This document shows, in pieces, positions 27,709 to 39,988 of a DNA stretch of 58,573 nucleotides. The notes below the pieces were generated by a model. That model was not told where the DNA came from, did not search any database, and worked only from the letters and a program-made list of their open reading frames with translations. The position numbers and the translations under genes were made by a program. Each line of letters begins with the position of its first letter. Within the stretch, counting starts at the first letter, position 1. The DNA comes from Nemertoderma westbladi (taxonomy: Eukaryota; Animalia; Xenacoelomorpha), in contig JAUCBJ010000271.1 in NCBI GenBank assembly GCA_032718475.1, forward strand, positions 1-58,573. The letters are read 5' to 3'.

Positions 27709-29879
27709 TCTATATATATAAATATAATGTGTCTGTCTGTTTGTTTGTCTGTCCAAGCTATACGTTTCTACACACAAGCACCAATCTGAGCTCGCGATAC
27801 ATCTAACGAAAGCTCTCGTCACGAGCACGTGCACTGTCGCTATCTCGAGTCTTATTTTACGCGTTTGTTTGCGTGAATGCAGATTTCGTGAATTTGGTAC
27901 CGGTAGCGCAGTAGGCCTAGCAGTTCATTCTGTCACTCTACATGTTGGGTCTCGACTATTATGCTACTTTTTGATGCGCATCTACGTGATGCAGACTGCC
28001 CCAAGCACATGGACGCGAAACGTCGTTATATCGAGGCTAATTTTATGTATCATTTATGCGTGAATGCGTATTATTGTGGTCAAATTGGGCTATATACCAT
28101 AACCATTTTCGGCCAAATTACTGATCAACCAGCAGGAAACTCTATAACAGCGGTTACACCATCAGTCTCAATCTGTTGTAAATGATACTTTGCAGATATG
28201 TTCCTGACCATAGACTGCGTGTTTGGGAGGACACTGATCAATCTGCAGATCTCCTGTCTGCCGCTAGGGGGCGAAATGTCCAAAACTGATAACCTTTTCC
28301 CATTTCGATATTATTAAGGCCTTTTAATTGATACGTGGCAGAGGTATACTACACCATAGGCTGTGTGTTTGCGGAGGATGCTGACCAATCTGCAATTCCC
28401 CAGTCCGCCGCTAGGGGGAGAGATATCCGAAAGTGAAAACCTTATCCCATGTCGTTGTTTCTAATGCTTTTTTGCTGATACTTGGCAGAAGTTGACTACA
28501 CCATAGACTGCGTGTTTGTAGAGAACTCTGAATAGTCTGCAATTCCCCAGTCTGCCGCTAGGGGGAGAAATATCTGAAAGTGAAAACCTTATCCCATTTC
28601 TTTTTTTATAATGCTTTTTGCTGATACTTGGCAGAGGTCTACTACACCATACAGCGTGTTTGGAGAGGAGCTAGAATCAGTCTGCATTTCTCCAGTCTAC
28701 CGCTATGGGGCCAAATGTCTGAAAGTGAAAACCTTATCCTATTTCGTTATTAATAATGCTTTTAGGCTGACACTTGGCAGATGTGTATTACACCATATGG
28801 TGTGTGTCTGTGGAGGACGCCCAACTACCTGCAGTTCTCCATTCGGCCGCTAGGGGGCGAAATATCTGAAAGTGAAAACCTTATCCCATTTCGTTGTTTA
28901 TAATGCTTTTAGGCTGATACTTGGCAGAGGTCTACTACACCATAGACTGCGTGTTTGTGGAGAACTCTGACCAATCTGCAATTCCTCTGTCTGCCACTAG
29001 GGGGCGCAATGTCTGAAAGTGAAAACCTTCACCCATTTCGTTATTAATAATGCTTTTATGCTGATACTTTGCAGAGGTCTACTACACCATAGACTGTGTG
29101 TTTGGGGAGGAGCTGGAACCAGTCTGCATTTATCCAGTCTACCGCTTGGGGGCCAAATGTCTGAAAGTGAAAACCTTATCCCATTTCGTTATTAATATGA
29201 TTTCAGGCTGACACTTGCCAGATGTGTAGTACACCATAGGGTGTGTGTCTAGGTAAGACGCCGAACAAACTGCAGTTCTCCATTCGGCCGCTAGGGGGCG
29301 AAATGTCTGAAAGTGAAAACCTTATCCCGTTTCGTTGTTTATAATGCTTTTAGGCTGATACTTGTCAGAGGTCTACTACACCATAGACTGCATGTTTGTG
29401 GAAACTCTGACCAATCTGCAATTTCTCAGTCTGCCGCTAGAGGGTGAAATGTCTCAAGTGAAATCCTTCTCCCATTTCGTTGTTTCTAATGCCTTTTGCT
29501 TATACTTGGGAAAGGCATGCTTGACCATAGGCTGTTTGTATGGGGAGGACGCTAACCAGTCTGCGGATTTCCAGTCTACTGCTAGGGTGCGAAAAATCTG
29601 AATCTGAAAAGTAAAAACATTCTCACATTTATTTATTAAAAATGCTTTTACGCTGATAATTGTCAGAGGTCTACTGTACTACATCATAAGGCTGCATCTA
29701 TGCGAAGGATGTTGACCAGTGTAGATATCTGAAAAGTAAAACAGCATCAGTCCTTTTGTTTGAGAGAACACTCTCAATCATATGAAGTTTTGTTAAGTTA
29801 ATTAAATAATTAATGTTTGGAATGGTGAATAGGCTTGTGAACTAGAAAGCCGTGGCCCGAAGGGCCACTGGCTTTCTAG
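27709..29879 (+). mobile_element. Helitron family B, full-length
   Basis: Intact termini, about 10 B-type units. Confidence 0.8.
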
Positions 29880-32077
29880 TCTAATATATATAAATATGCA
29901 TTGTCTGTCTGTCTGTCTGTTTGTCATCAGCTATACAATCGAACCCATCTCGATGAAATCTCGCTTGCTATAGCTCGTTAGAAAGGTCTCGCTCTAACTC
30001 GTTGCAACGTAATACTCAGAGTCGTCTGAAGTTCACCCGTCTGCCGCTAGAGGGCGATTTTCGTGATTTTCGGGCGAAATTTATCGAATTATTTCGGTTC
30101 TTCTATCGGTAATTAATGATTTAGAGGGCTAACATTTATCCCACCTGGTATAAAATTAACATGGGTAGATTCGCCGTGTCCCATTCTCACAAAGTTTTTA
30201 TTTTATTCGAGTGTTTAATATAAATATGTATGATTATTTATTGATTAAAAATCAAATAGTGTATAAATATGTCATATTCGCCAAGCACGATCGAATTGGC
30301 CTATTGGTATTGAATAAGGAAGGATTGTTTTCTGTATCATAGCAACGTTAAGGTAATTATTGAACTCGCAGCTAGCTGGCTGGGCACAGATAAGGAGCAA
30401 GCAGGCTGGAGTGTTGATTGGGGTGGGTTTGGGTTGTCTATTGCGAATTGCTCAGAGTAATTCTGCTTTCTCAATCATTGGCTGCATGGAAGGAGAGGTT
30501 TATAACATTTTTGTTTTACTGTTATGAATATTAAAAGTAAAATAATTATTTCTCTACGCATGTACTTACTGTATTATTATTTTATCTAATATTATACATC
30601 TAATCTCGATGAAATCTCGCTTACTATAGCTCGTTAGATAGGTCTCGCCCTAACAACGTAATACTCAGAGCCGTCTAAAGTTCCCCCGTCTGCCGCTAGA
30701 GGGCGAATTGTCCGATACTGAAAACCTGATCTCATTGGGTTGTTTTTAATGCTTTTGAGCTGAAACTTGGTTGCTATATACTGCAGCAGCAGCATAGGCT
30801 TTATAATTCCGGAGTCACTGAGTTGTCCACAGTTCCCCAGTCTACCGTTAGAGGGCTAAATGTCTGAGAGTTAACATCTTCTCCAACTTTGTTATTTACA
30901 ATCCGTTTAGACTGAAACTTGGTAGGCATCTACTACAGCAAAGGCTGTATCTTTACTGAGTCGCAGAGTCGTCTACAATTCCCCAGTCTACCGCTAGAGG
31001 GCGAAATGTCTGAAAGTTAACATCTTCTCCAACTTTGTTATTTATAATCCATTTAGACTGAACTTGGTAGGCATCTACTACAGCATAGGCTATATCTTTA
31101 CTGAGTCGCGCAGAGTTGTCTACATTACCCGCGTCTGCCGCTAGAGGGCGAAATGTATGAAAGTTAACATCTCATCCAACTTTGTTATTTACAATCCTTT
31201 TAGACTGAAACTTAGGCCTATACTATAGCATAGGCTATATCTTTGCGGAGTAGTAGAGTCGTTTACAGTTCCACAGTCATCCGCTAGAGGGCGAATTGTC
31301 TGATAGTGAAAACCTCATCCCATTTGGTTCTTTTTAATCCTTTTGAGCTGAAACTTGGCAGGTATCTACTACATCCTAGGCTCTATCTTTACGGAGTTGC
31401 AGAGTCCTATACACTTCCCCAGTCTACCGCTAGAGGGTGAAATGTCTGAAAGTTAACATCTTCTCCAACTTTGTTATTTACAAACGGTTTAGACTGAAAC
31501 TTGGTAGGCATCTACTACAGCATAGGCTCTACCTTTACGGAGTCGCAGAGTTGTATACAGTTCCCCTATCTGCCGCTAGAGGGCGAATTGTCTGACAGTG
31601 AACACCTCATCCCAATTGGTTCTTTTTAATCCCTTTGAGCTGAAACTTGGCAGGAATCTACTACAGCATATTCTGTATCTTTACGGAGTCCCAGAGTCGT
31701 CTACAGTTCTTCAGTCTACCGCTAGAAGTCTGAATGTGAACATCTACACCAATTTTGTTATTTACAATCTGTTTAAGCTGAAACTTGAAAGGCAGGCATT
31801 TTACTTCACCATAAACCCCATCTTTACCAAACTGCAGCGCCGTCTGCATTCACCAGTCCGCAGGTAGAGGGTGGATCTGAAAGTGATCATTTTCTGGAAA
31901 TTTTGTTATTTACAATCTGACTAAAGTTGAAACTTGACAGTTATCTCTTATGGGGGTGGTGTTTTATTTAATGATGGTGTCTGTTCCGTATGCAGTTCTC
32001 CAATCTCCCACACATATTCATATATCATCTGCACGTGCACTAGAAAGCTGTGGCCCGAAGGGCCACAGGCTTTCTAG
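29880..32077 (+). mobile_element. Helitron family A, full-length
   Basis: Intact termini, A-type units. Confidence 0.8.
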
Positions 32078-32557
32078 TGAATATTAAAAGTAAAATAATT
32101 ATTTCTCTACGCCTGTACTTACTGTATTATTATTTTATCTAATATTATACATCTAATCTCGATGAAATCTCGCTTACTATAGCTCGTTAGATAGGTCTCG
32201 CCCTAACTCGTTGCAACGTAATACTCAGAGCCGTCTGAAGTTCCCCCGTCTGCCGCTAGAGGGCGAATTGTCCGATACTGAAAATCTGATCTCATTGGGT
32301 TGTTTTTAATGCTTTTGAGCTGAAACTTGGTTGCTATATACTGCAGCAGCAGCATAGGCTTTATAATTCCGGAGTCACTGAGTTGTCCACAGTTCCCCAG
32401 TCTACCGTTAGAGGGCTAACTGTCTGAGAGTTAATATCTTTTCCAACTTTGTTATTTACAATCCGTTTAGACTGAAACTTGGTAGGCATCTACTACAGCA
32501 AAGGCTGTATCTTTACTGAGTCGCAGAGTCGTCTACAATTCCCCAGTCTACCGCTAG

Positions 32558-32811
32558 TGTTCCAGCCAAAATACCCCTTTCCAAATAAATAATGAAAACA
32601 ATAAGTTTATATCAAAATGTCAGAAAGTTCAATAATTGAGGTGGTAATAGATCAGGTACAGCAGTATAGGAATACATAATCCCAACGGTAAGCAGTATAA
32701 CAACAACGGTACAGCAGTATAACAACAACGGTACAACAGTATAACAACAACGGTACACCAGTATAGGAATAACGGTATAGGAACAAAGTATAGATAAAAA
32801 TCAGTTTTACA
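32558..32811 (-). repeat. 3' LTR of BEL/Pao element
   Basis: Identical by eye to 38500-38753; contains three copies of a 21-bp unit (CAGTATAACAACAACGGTACA). Confidence 0.95.
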
Positions 32812-32830
32812 TACCCCCACGTCGAAAACA

Positions 32831-35800
32831 CTATGGGTTTTTGAAATGATTTACTCGTCGCCCATATCTCGAAATATAATAAGTCCTATTGTCTTTAGAA
32901 TTAAGGTTATTTTCAGTTTTGTCCTTTCGAGTTTGTTGATCTGGGACACTAACCATAACATTGGGTATGCCACTATCATTAACTTTAGGGGTGTCATTAA
33001 AGGTTACATCACATTCCAAAGGAATGAGGTAGTTTAGTGCACGGTTCGTCTTCTTACCATTAAGTAGTATATCAGCTGAATATGTTGATCCATCCCGTCC
33101 TGGATGTAAAGCCAATATACGTGCTAGTGGCCATTTACCTCGCGGAATTGGGACTTTGCCAGTTTGTTTCACCAATACCACATGACCTACTTCAGGTATA
33201 TTACTAGTCCCTCGACTGGGAGTTCTCCAACATTTTAGTGACGCAAGGTATTCAGTAGACCATAGTTTCCAAATAGATCGTGAAACCTTATCTCGAAGTA
33301 AGAGAGCCTTACGTAGGTTATCAGGACAATTAGTCGCTGCAGGGTCAATACTATCAGTATCGGAAGTATGACAGAACAGGAAGTGAGATGGTGTTAATGG
33401 TTTGGAATCATCCAGATCGCTGGACAATGCCGTAATTGGCCGGCTGTTAACAGCTGATTCAATTTCCACAAATACAGTCACCAACTGAATGAGAGTAAAA
33501 GCTTGATTATGACAAGTTATTTTTAAACATTTCTTTACTATGCCTACCATCCTTTCCCACCAGCCGCCCCAGTGTGGAGATCGAACGGGTATGAAAGTAA
33601 ATGTTATGGAGTGGGAAGGAAAGCGCATAGTTGAAAGTTTTAAAAAAGTTTTTGCATTATCTGAGTAGAACTTGACATGCCACATAGGTGGGAGACGTCG
33701 ACCTAAGAATCTTCGAAAAGCAAGATGGGTATGTTTTGCGCTAGCTTCCTCAACAACCTCCAAGTGTATTGCACGTGTGGAAGAACAAGTGAAAAGTAGA
33801 CCATATACCTTTTCACCATCAAACAAGTATAGGGGTCCGAAAAAATCCACTCCCGTACATAAGAATGGCATTGTAGCGGTAATCCTAAAGGGATGAAGGT
33901 GAGACTCACGTGGTTGGCAGGGTTGAGCTTGATAGCGTTTACATCTATAGCAATCATGTATTATGTGTCGAACAAGTGATCGTCCTTTTGGAATCCAATA
34001 TTTTTGACGAATCAGAGCTAATGTAGCTTCAGGGCCTTGATGCATCAGGCTACTGTGATAATATTGGATAATTAAACGAGTTAGATAGCTTGATTTAGGG
34101 AGTATAGGGAGTGTCGAATCACCGGTGCGGGGACACATTACCAAAATCCCATCGTTAATTACTGCATGAAATCGCCAGAGTGTAGAAGTTCTAGGGAGAT
34201 AGGAATGCTCCTGAAGATGCATAAATTCACTCCTGTAACATTTCCATTGTTCAGACTTAATTAATAATAATAGCGCATAATTAGTTTCGGCGAATGAAAG
34301 GCACTCCTTATGGGACGTAATAGGTTTACGGCAGTTGTTGACAAATCGTAAAAGCCATGAAACTATATTAACTAATGTCACAAAATTAGAATATTTTCTA
34401 ATATCTAGACATCCATCAAGATCCAAAGCTGGAGGTGCTTCAATAATAATTAATTGAGGAGGAGGTGATGGTTCCTTTGGCCATTCATCTATTGCCTTAG
34501 ATAGGAATGGTGGGCCATGATGGTAGAGTTTGTTAGATATCAGGGGTAATAAATTTGATCCCCTTGAAGGAATATCGGCAGGATTTTCAAGAGTAGAAAC
34601 ATAGCGCCATTGTCCTGGGTCAACAATTCCATTAATTTCCTCAATTCGCCGGTGGACAAAGATATCCTTTTTTGTAGGTCCTTTACGTATCCATTGTAGT
34701 ACGCAACAGGAATCACTCCAAAAGAATGTGTTAAATGGTTTGAAAAGTTTCATAACAATATGATTAGCAAATCGTGCACCAAGCAAGCAAGCCAATAGTT
34801 CCAATCTTGGGATTGATGGTCTATGTTTTAAAGGCGTTGCACGAGATTTGCCATAGAATAGCAAAGGTATAGAGTTTGGATTAACAACATAGATCAAGAA
34901 GCCATAAGCAAGAATAGAAGCATCACAGAAAATATGTAAGGTAGTAGTTGGACATAAGTTAATACAACGTGGAAACTCAATAACATTAGTAGTTAAGGAT
35001 TCATTGACCCATAATTTAAAGGAATGTTCAATTTCTGGTTCTACCAGAGTATTCCATCCCTTCCCTGATTTCCATGAATCTTGTAATAGGAGTCTCCCTC
35101 TCAAAGTCCAAGGGCAAATTAATCCTAAAGGGTCAAATACAAAGGAAATGACCCTCAAGAGCTCACGACGGGTAAGCTTGGCTGGTATATAGAGCTTAGA
35201 TAGATCAATAGAGAAAGTATCATTATTATTGTTTAGGCATACGCCTAAGATTTTCTTAGGGTTTAATACAGGTTTCAGTTCCATACCTGCTCCTTGGAGT
35301 AATTCAATAGCACTTTGTAAAAAATGGTTGAGTTCATGTCTATTATTACTACTTTTCATGACATCATCACTATATAATGACTCCATAAATTCACGGACAA
35401 ATTCAGTATTGCCATATGTATTGACATGGTGTTGAATTGTTGAGTGTAAAAGAAAACCACTAGGAGTTATGCCAAAAGGGACCCTAACAAACTGGTATGT
35501 GTTGGTTTTCCATAAAAATTTCAACCACATTCGGTCCTCAGGGTGCACTTCCACTTGGTGATAAGCTGCCGCTATATCTGCAGTAATAATATGGGAATAG
35601 AAGCGCATACGAAGTAGAATATCAACTAAATTGGAGAGTAAGTTAGGACCAGAATCTAAGCATGAGTTAAGACTGATCCCAGCAGAGTCACAAGAGGAAC
35701 CATTAAATACAACTCGTGGTTTAGTGTCCCTACGTGCAAGATGATGAGGTAAATAAAAACCTTCTTCATGTGAACTTGTAGCCAGTTCAATAATATCATC

Positions 35801-38173
35801 AGACCATAGTTTGTCCATTTTAGTAGTGTAAATCTCAGCTTCAGAAATATTAAGTTTTGACATAGTATGATATTGTTGCCTGCAAATAATTTTATAGTTG
35901 GAAATTGGCCGTTTAGTTCCTTTAAAAGGTAGTCGAACTCTATAGTGTGTAGGGTCTTCAATAGACCGTTCAGGGGGAATATATGGGTCACAATACAATT
36001 CCTCACCCTTAACACCTACTGCCTCTAAATTCCACAAGTTAGTAACTTCAATTGGCTCAGTAATTAACATAGAGACATTATCAGTGCTAGTTGGGGTATT
36101 GTATTGTTGTCCAATGGCAGGACCCGAAAGTACTGTACCAAAAAAGGTATCAATGATGGCAGGCATATTTGGACAAGTTCTTATGAAATTAGTGACCTGC
36201 CAGATATAATCAGCACCAATAATCAATGATACAGTTCTTTCACCTCCATCAAAAATATCAGCCCATTGTTGGATATGAGTCAATTGTGGAGGAAGTGAGT
36301 GAAAATATTCCTGCTGCATTGGGGGGCAAAGTGTCTCAGTAGTCCAAGCAGATAGGTCAATAGGCTCTGAATTAAACTGGCTATAAAGTTTAAAATTAAC
36401 ATGGTCTGCTTCTTGGGTAGTGTAATAACCCCCAAATGATCCAGTAGTCATAATATGAGTATCTTGGCTTGGTAATGATAAAGAAGTAGACAGATCCTCT
36501 CTAATATAGGATCTTTTTGAGCCATCATCCAAATAAATATGTATCAAATACCCTTCTGTAGAGTCAGGGGGAGTAATATAACCCAAAGCCAGTTTAATAA
36601 AAATTGGGTTATTTCGGGAGTTATTGATTTTTGAAGTATCAACACAGCTATTAGAAGGATTATTATAAAAGTTAGTAGGACCTTTTGGAGAAAATGATTT
36701 TTTTGCTGTAAAATCATTAGAAGCTTGCTTGGAAGCGGAGGTTGAAGGGGGGAGTTTATTTGAAGCACTTTCACCAACAGAATCCTTGTTTGTTGGTATT
36801 AAACCCTTCGACCTGAAACACAGTAATGTATGGTGTTTTTTTCCACAGTTACTGCATGTTCCTTCAGAAGTGCATAAATGAGTAGGGTGGGGACCCAAAC
36901 AGTTTTTACAGAGTTTTGTCAATTTGACTATGTTACATCGTTGGTCAATATCCTTACTCAGAAAGCCAACACAATTCCGTAAACTGTGTACAGGAGAACT
37001 CTTACAAGCAGGGCATTTAGTCACTATTTTTTTAGAAGTTTCCATGGTACTAGTATATAATGCGGTAGTAGAAGCAACTGAACCAGAGGCATTCTTTCGG
37101 TTAAAGTGTGTTGAAGAGCGAACAGTAGTACCTACCGTCGATGTATAAGAATTAGAAGAACCATAAGCAACAGATTCTAGTGATTCCAGTTCAGTGTTTA
37201 TAAATAATAACAGTGGTTCCAAGTTGAAACGCTCAACTGCATGAGAACGGTTCCAAGTTAAAACCATATCAACAGGCAACTTTTGTAATAATAATGGGGC
37301 AAGTAGCAGTGAAGTTAGATCATTTGACTTACCTTTATCAGTAGATAGCATCTCTCCATCAGACTTTGGTGATGTTATTTCTATAGCTAATTGTTGTATT
37401 TCTCGAAGAGCAGCTTCAAAGGAATCAATAATTCCCCGGAAACCCTTAAGATCATTGGACTGTATAATAGGTAGAGCACATAATCGACTGGCATACATAC
37501 CAATCAATAAATGAGGGTTTCCATAACGTCGTTTTAGTAATGCTATAGCATTTTCATAATTAGTGGCTGTTAGGGATAAGCCACCTAGAGAATCTTTAGC
37601 ATCACCAACTAAACAGCTCCTTAAATACACAAATCTTTCAATATTTGTTAAACTGGTGCGATTGTGTATTAATGCTTCGAATTGGTCCCAGAATGGGCGC
37701 CAAAGCAAGTAGTCACCATCAAAAGTTGGTACAGATATTTTTGGTAAACCTTTGGTTCCTGCTCCACCTCCAGAATCACTTTGGGATTTCTCACTGGTTG
37801 TAGAGTGGGTGTGTTGTTCTGCGCGTTCCACACGATTTAACACACGGGTTGATTTGAAAATAGCCTTATGGAGGTCGCGGTCATAGGAGGAAGTTTCAAC
37901 AGAGTATCCAAGCTCTATTAATTCAGAGTCAATAGTATTTAAGTTTTTACGGTATTGCTCAGCAACCTCAATATTGTAAGCCAGTTCATCAGCATCGATA
38001 TCCACTTCGCTTTGATCCCAGAAAACCTTAATATCTGTTATCAACTTTTGGGCCTTTGTTCGCTCAGTAGTTCGGTTTCTCTTCAGAAATTCAATTCGAC
38101 GTCGAATCTCATTATCATCACCAATGGCTGCCTTACCCCCACGATTCCGAGTAGGGGATCCAGGCAGTGACAT
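32831..38173 (-). CDS. BEL/Pao gag-pol polyprotein, 1780 aa (Gag with three Cys/His knuckles, aspartic protease, RT, RNase H, integrase)
   Basis: LPKISVPTFDGDYLLWRPFWDQF (Pao gag); CPAC..H..C, CKNCLGPH..C, CSNCGKKHHTLLC; LDDGSKRSYI; YLPHH, ADIAAAYHQ, VPFG, YSDD; FCDAS, IPRLEL, WSDS; H..H..CYRC, GVDFFGP, SDN, WWERMVG; WSTEYL; RT-RH-INT order. Confidence 0.96.
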   Translation of the reverse strand: MSLPGSPTRNRGGKAAIGDDNEIRRRIEFLKRNRTTERTKAQKLITDIKVFWDQSEVDIDADELAYNIEVAEQYRKNLNTIDSELIELGYSVETSSYDRDLHKAIFKSTRVLNRVERAEQHTHSTTSEKSQSDSGGGAGTKGLPKISVPTFDGDYLLWRPFWDQFEALIHNRTSLTNIERFVYLRSCLVGDAKDSLGGLSLTATNYENAIALLKRRYGNPHLLIGMYASRLCALPIIQSNDLKGFRGIIDSFEAALREIQQLAIEITSPKSDGEMLSTDKGKSNDLTSLLLAPLLLQKLPVDMVLTWNRSHAVERFNLEPLLLFINTELESLESVAYGSSNSYTSTVGTTVRSSTHFNRKNASGSVASTTALYTSTMETSKKIVTKCPACKSSPVHSLRNCVGFLSKDIDQRCNIVKLTKLCKNCLGPHPTHLCTSEGTCSNCGKKHHTLLCFRSKGLIPTNKDSVGESASNKLPPSTSASKQASNDFTAKKSFSPKGPTNFYNNPSNSCVDTSKINNSRNNPIFIKLALGYITPPDSTEGYLIHIYLDDGSKRSYIREDLSTSLSLPSQDTHIMTTGSFGGYYTTQEADHVNFKLYSQFNSEPIDLSAWTTETLCPPMQQEYFHSLPPQLTHIQQWADIFDGGERTVSLIIGADYIWQVTNFIRTCPNMPAIIDTFFGTVLSGPAIGQQYNTPTSTDNVSMLITEPIEVTNLWNLEAVGVKGEELYCDPYIPPERSIEDPTHYRVRLPFKGTKRPISNYKIICRQQYHTMSKLNISEAEIYTTKMDKLWSDDIIELATSSHEEGFYLPHHLARRDTKPRVVFNGSSCDSAGISLNSCLDSGPNLLSNLVDILLRMRFYSHIITADIAAAYHQVEVHPEDRMWLKFLWKTNTYQFVRVPFGITPSGFLLHSTIQHHVNTYGNTEFVREFMESLYSDDVMKSSNNRHELNHFLQSAIELLQGAGMELKPVLNPKKILGVCLNNNNDTFSIDLSKLYIPAKLTRRELLRVISFVFDPLGLICPWTLRGRLLLQDSWKSGKGWNTLVEPEIEHSFKLWVNESLTTNVIEFPRCINLCPTTTLHIFCDASILAYGFLIYVVNPNSIPLLFYGKSRATPLKHRPSIPRLELLACLLGARFANHIVMKLFKPFNTFFWSDSCCVLQWIRKGPTKKDIFVHRRIEEINGIVDPGQWRYVSTLENPADIPSRGSNLLPLISNKLYHHGPPFLSKAIDEWPKEPSPPPQLIIIEAPPALDLDGCLDIRKYSNFVTLVNIVSWLLRFVNNCRKPITSHKECLSFAETNYALLLLIKSEQWKCYRSEFMHLQEHSYLPRTSTLWRFHAVINDGILVMCPRTGDSTLPILPKSSYLTRLIIQYYHSSLMHQGPEATLALIRQKYWIPKGRSLVRHIIHDCYRCKRYQAQPCQPRESHLHPFRITATMPFLCTGVDFFGPLYLFDGEKVYGLLFTCSSTRAIHLEVVEEASAKHTHLAFRRFLGRRLPPMWHVKFYSDNAKTFLKLSTMRFPSHSITFTFIPVRSPHWGGWWERMVGIVKKCLKITCHNQAFTLIQLVTVFVEIESAVNSRPITALSSDLDDSKPLTPSHFLFCHTSDTDSIDPAATNCPDNLRKALLLRDKVSRSIWKLWSTEYLASLKCWRTPSRGTSNIPEVGHVVLVKQTGKVPIPRGKWPLARILALHPGRDGSTYSADILLNGKKTNRALNYLIPLECDVTFNDTPKVNDSGIPNVMVSVPDQQTRKDKTENNLNSKDNRTYYISRYGRRVNHFKNP

Positions 38174-38480
38174 AGTTTGGCAGGTACCGGAAGGCCGGGT
38201 AGGTCTAGTTTGTACAACTTTGGACCGTAGGGCCAGTACCGTACTGGTACCGTACCGGTAATTTATCGGTTAGATACCGGTACTGGCAGACTGGTGACCG
38301 GTATTATTTAATTGTTACAGTATGGTATGACAGTAGCCTATATTTTAGTAGAACATACCAGTGCCGTCAAGACCGGTACCGAAGACAATTTATTATTTGC
38401 AGATTGCAGTGATGTCTGGATGTCACAACGTCGAAGGTATACTATTTCCTTTTCGCATCCGTTCCATTCGGCATTTTTTT

Positions 38481-38499
38481 AGTTATCCGGTTCGAAGAA
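38481..38499 (-). promoter_or_regulatory. Primer-binding site, tRNA-Tyr-like
   Basis: Minus strand immediately after the 5' LTR reads TTCTTCGAACCGGATAACT, similar to the TGGTCCTTCGARCCGGA PBS common in BEL/Pao elements, but without TGG. Confidence 0.65.
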
Positions 38500-38753
38500 T
38501 GTTCCAGCCAAAATACCCCTTTCCAAATAAATAATGAAAACAATAAGTTTATATCAAAATGTCAGAAAGTTCAATAATTGAGGTGGTAATAGATCAGGTA
38601 CAGCAGTATAGGAATACATAATCCCAACGGTAAGCAGTATAACAACAACGGTACAGCAGTATAACAACAACGGTACAACAGTATAACAACAACGGTACAC
38701 CAGTATAGGAATAACGGTATAGGAACAAAGTATAGATAAAAATCAGTTTTACA
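38500..38753 (-). repeat. 5' LTR of BEL/Pao element
   Basis: TGTTCCAGCC...CAGTTTTACA on + strand, 254 bp, followed by TSD. Confidence 0.95.
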
Positions 38754-39988
38754 GCTAGAGGGCGAAATGTCTGCAAGTTAACATCTTCTCCAACTTTGTT
38801 ATTTACAATCCTTTTAGACTGAAACTTGGTAGGCATCTACTACAGCATAGGCTGAATCTTTACTGAGTCGCAGAGTCATCTACAATTTCCCAGTCTACCG
38901 CTAGAGGGCGAAATGTCTGCAAGTTAACATCTTCTCCAACTTTGTTATTTTTAATGCTTTTGAGCTGAAACTTGGTAGCTATATACTGCAGCATAGGCTG
39001 TATATTTCCGGAGTCACTGATTTGTCTACAGTTCCCCATTCTACCGTTAGAGGGGTAAATGTCTGAGAGTTAACATCTTCTCCAACTTTATTATTTACAA
39101 TCCGTTTTGACTGAAACTTGGTAGGCATCTACTACAGCATAGGCTGTATCTTTACTGAGTCGCAGAGTCGTCTACAATTTCCCAGTCTACCGCTAGAGGG
39201 CGAAATGTCTGCAAGTTAACATCTTCTCCAACTTTGTTATTTACAATCCTTTTAGACTGAAACTTGGTAGGCATCTACTATAGCATAGGCTATATCTTTG
39301 CGGAGTAGTAGAGTCGTCTACAGTTCCACAGTCAGCCGCAAGAGGGCGAATTGTCTGATAGTGAAAACCTCATCCCATTTGGTTCTTTTTAATCCTTTTG
39401 AGCTGAAACTTGGCAGTATCTACTACGTCCTAGGCTCTATCTTTACGGAGTTGCAGAGTCCTATACACTTCCCCAGTCTACCGCTAGAGGGTGAAATGTC
39501 TGAAAGTTAACATCTTCTCCAACTTTGTTACTTACAAACGGTTTAGACTGAAACGTGGTAGGCATCTACTACAGCATAGGCTCTACCTTTACGGAGTCGC
39601 AGAGTTGTATACAGTTCCCCTATCTGCCGCTAGAGGGCGAATTGTCTGATAGTGAACACCTCATCCCAATTGGTTCTTTTTAATCCCTTTGAGCTGAAAC
39701 TTGGCAGGAATCTACTACAGCATATTCTGTATCTTTACTGAGTCCCAGAGTCGTCTATAGTTCTTCAGTCTACCGCTACTGTAGAAGCCTGAATGTGAAC
39801 ATCTACACCAATTGTGTTATTTACAATCTGACTAAAGTTGAAACTTGACAGTTATCTCTTATGGGGGTGGTGTTTTATTTAATGATGGTGTCTGTTCCGT
39901 ATGCAGTTCTCCAATCTCCCACACATATTCATATATCATCTGCATGTGCACTAGAAAGCTGTGGCCCGAAGGGCCACAGGCTTTCTAG

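Larger units (their letters stand above)
32558..38753 (-). mobile_element. Full-length BEL/Pao LTR retrotransposon (~6.2 kb)
   Basis: 254-bp LTRs with TGT...ACA ends; 5-bp TSD GCTAG (32553-32557, 38754-38758); single gag-pol ORF; tRNA-Tyr-like PBS; G-rich PPT-like tract next to the 3' LTR. Confidence 0.97.
32078..39988 (+). mobile_element. Helitron family A, 5'-truncated copy split by a BEL/Pao insertion
   Basis: Same CTAG|TGAATATT start as 883; A repeats at 32078-32557 resume at 38754; hairpin+CTAG ends 39988. Confidence 0.75.

Noticed and set aside
32846-38170. Short ORFs antisense to or out of frame with the BEL/Pao polyprotein, possible env
   Set aside because: Short shadow ORFs with no motifs; no room for env because pol ends about 20 bp from the 3' LTR
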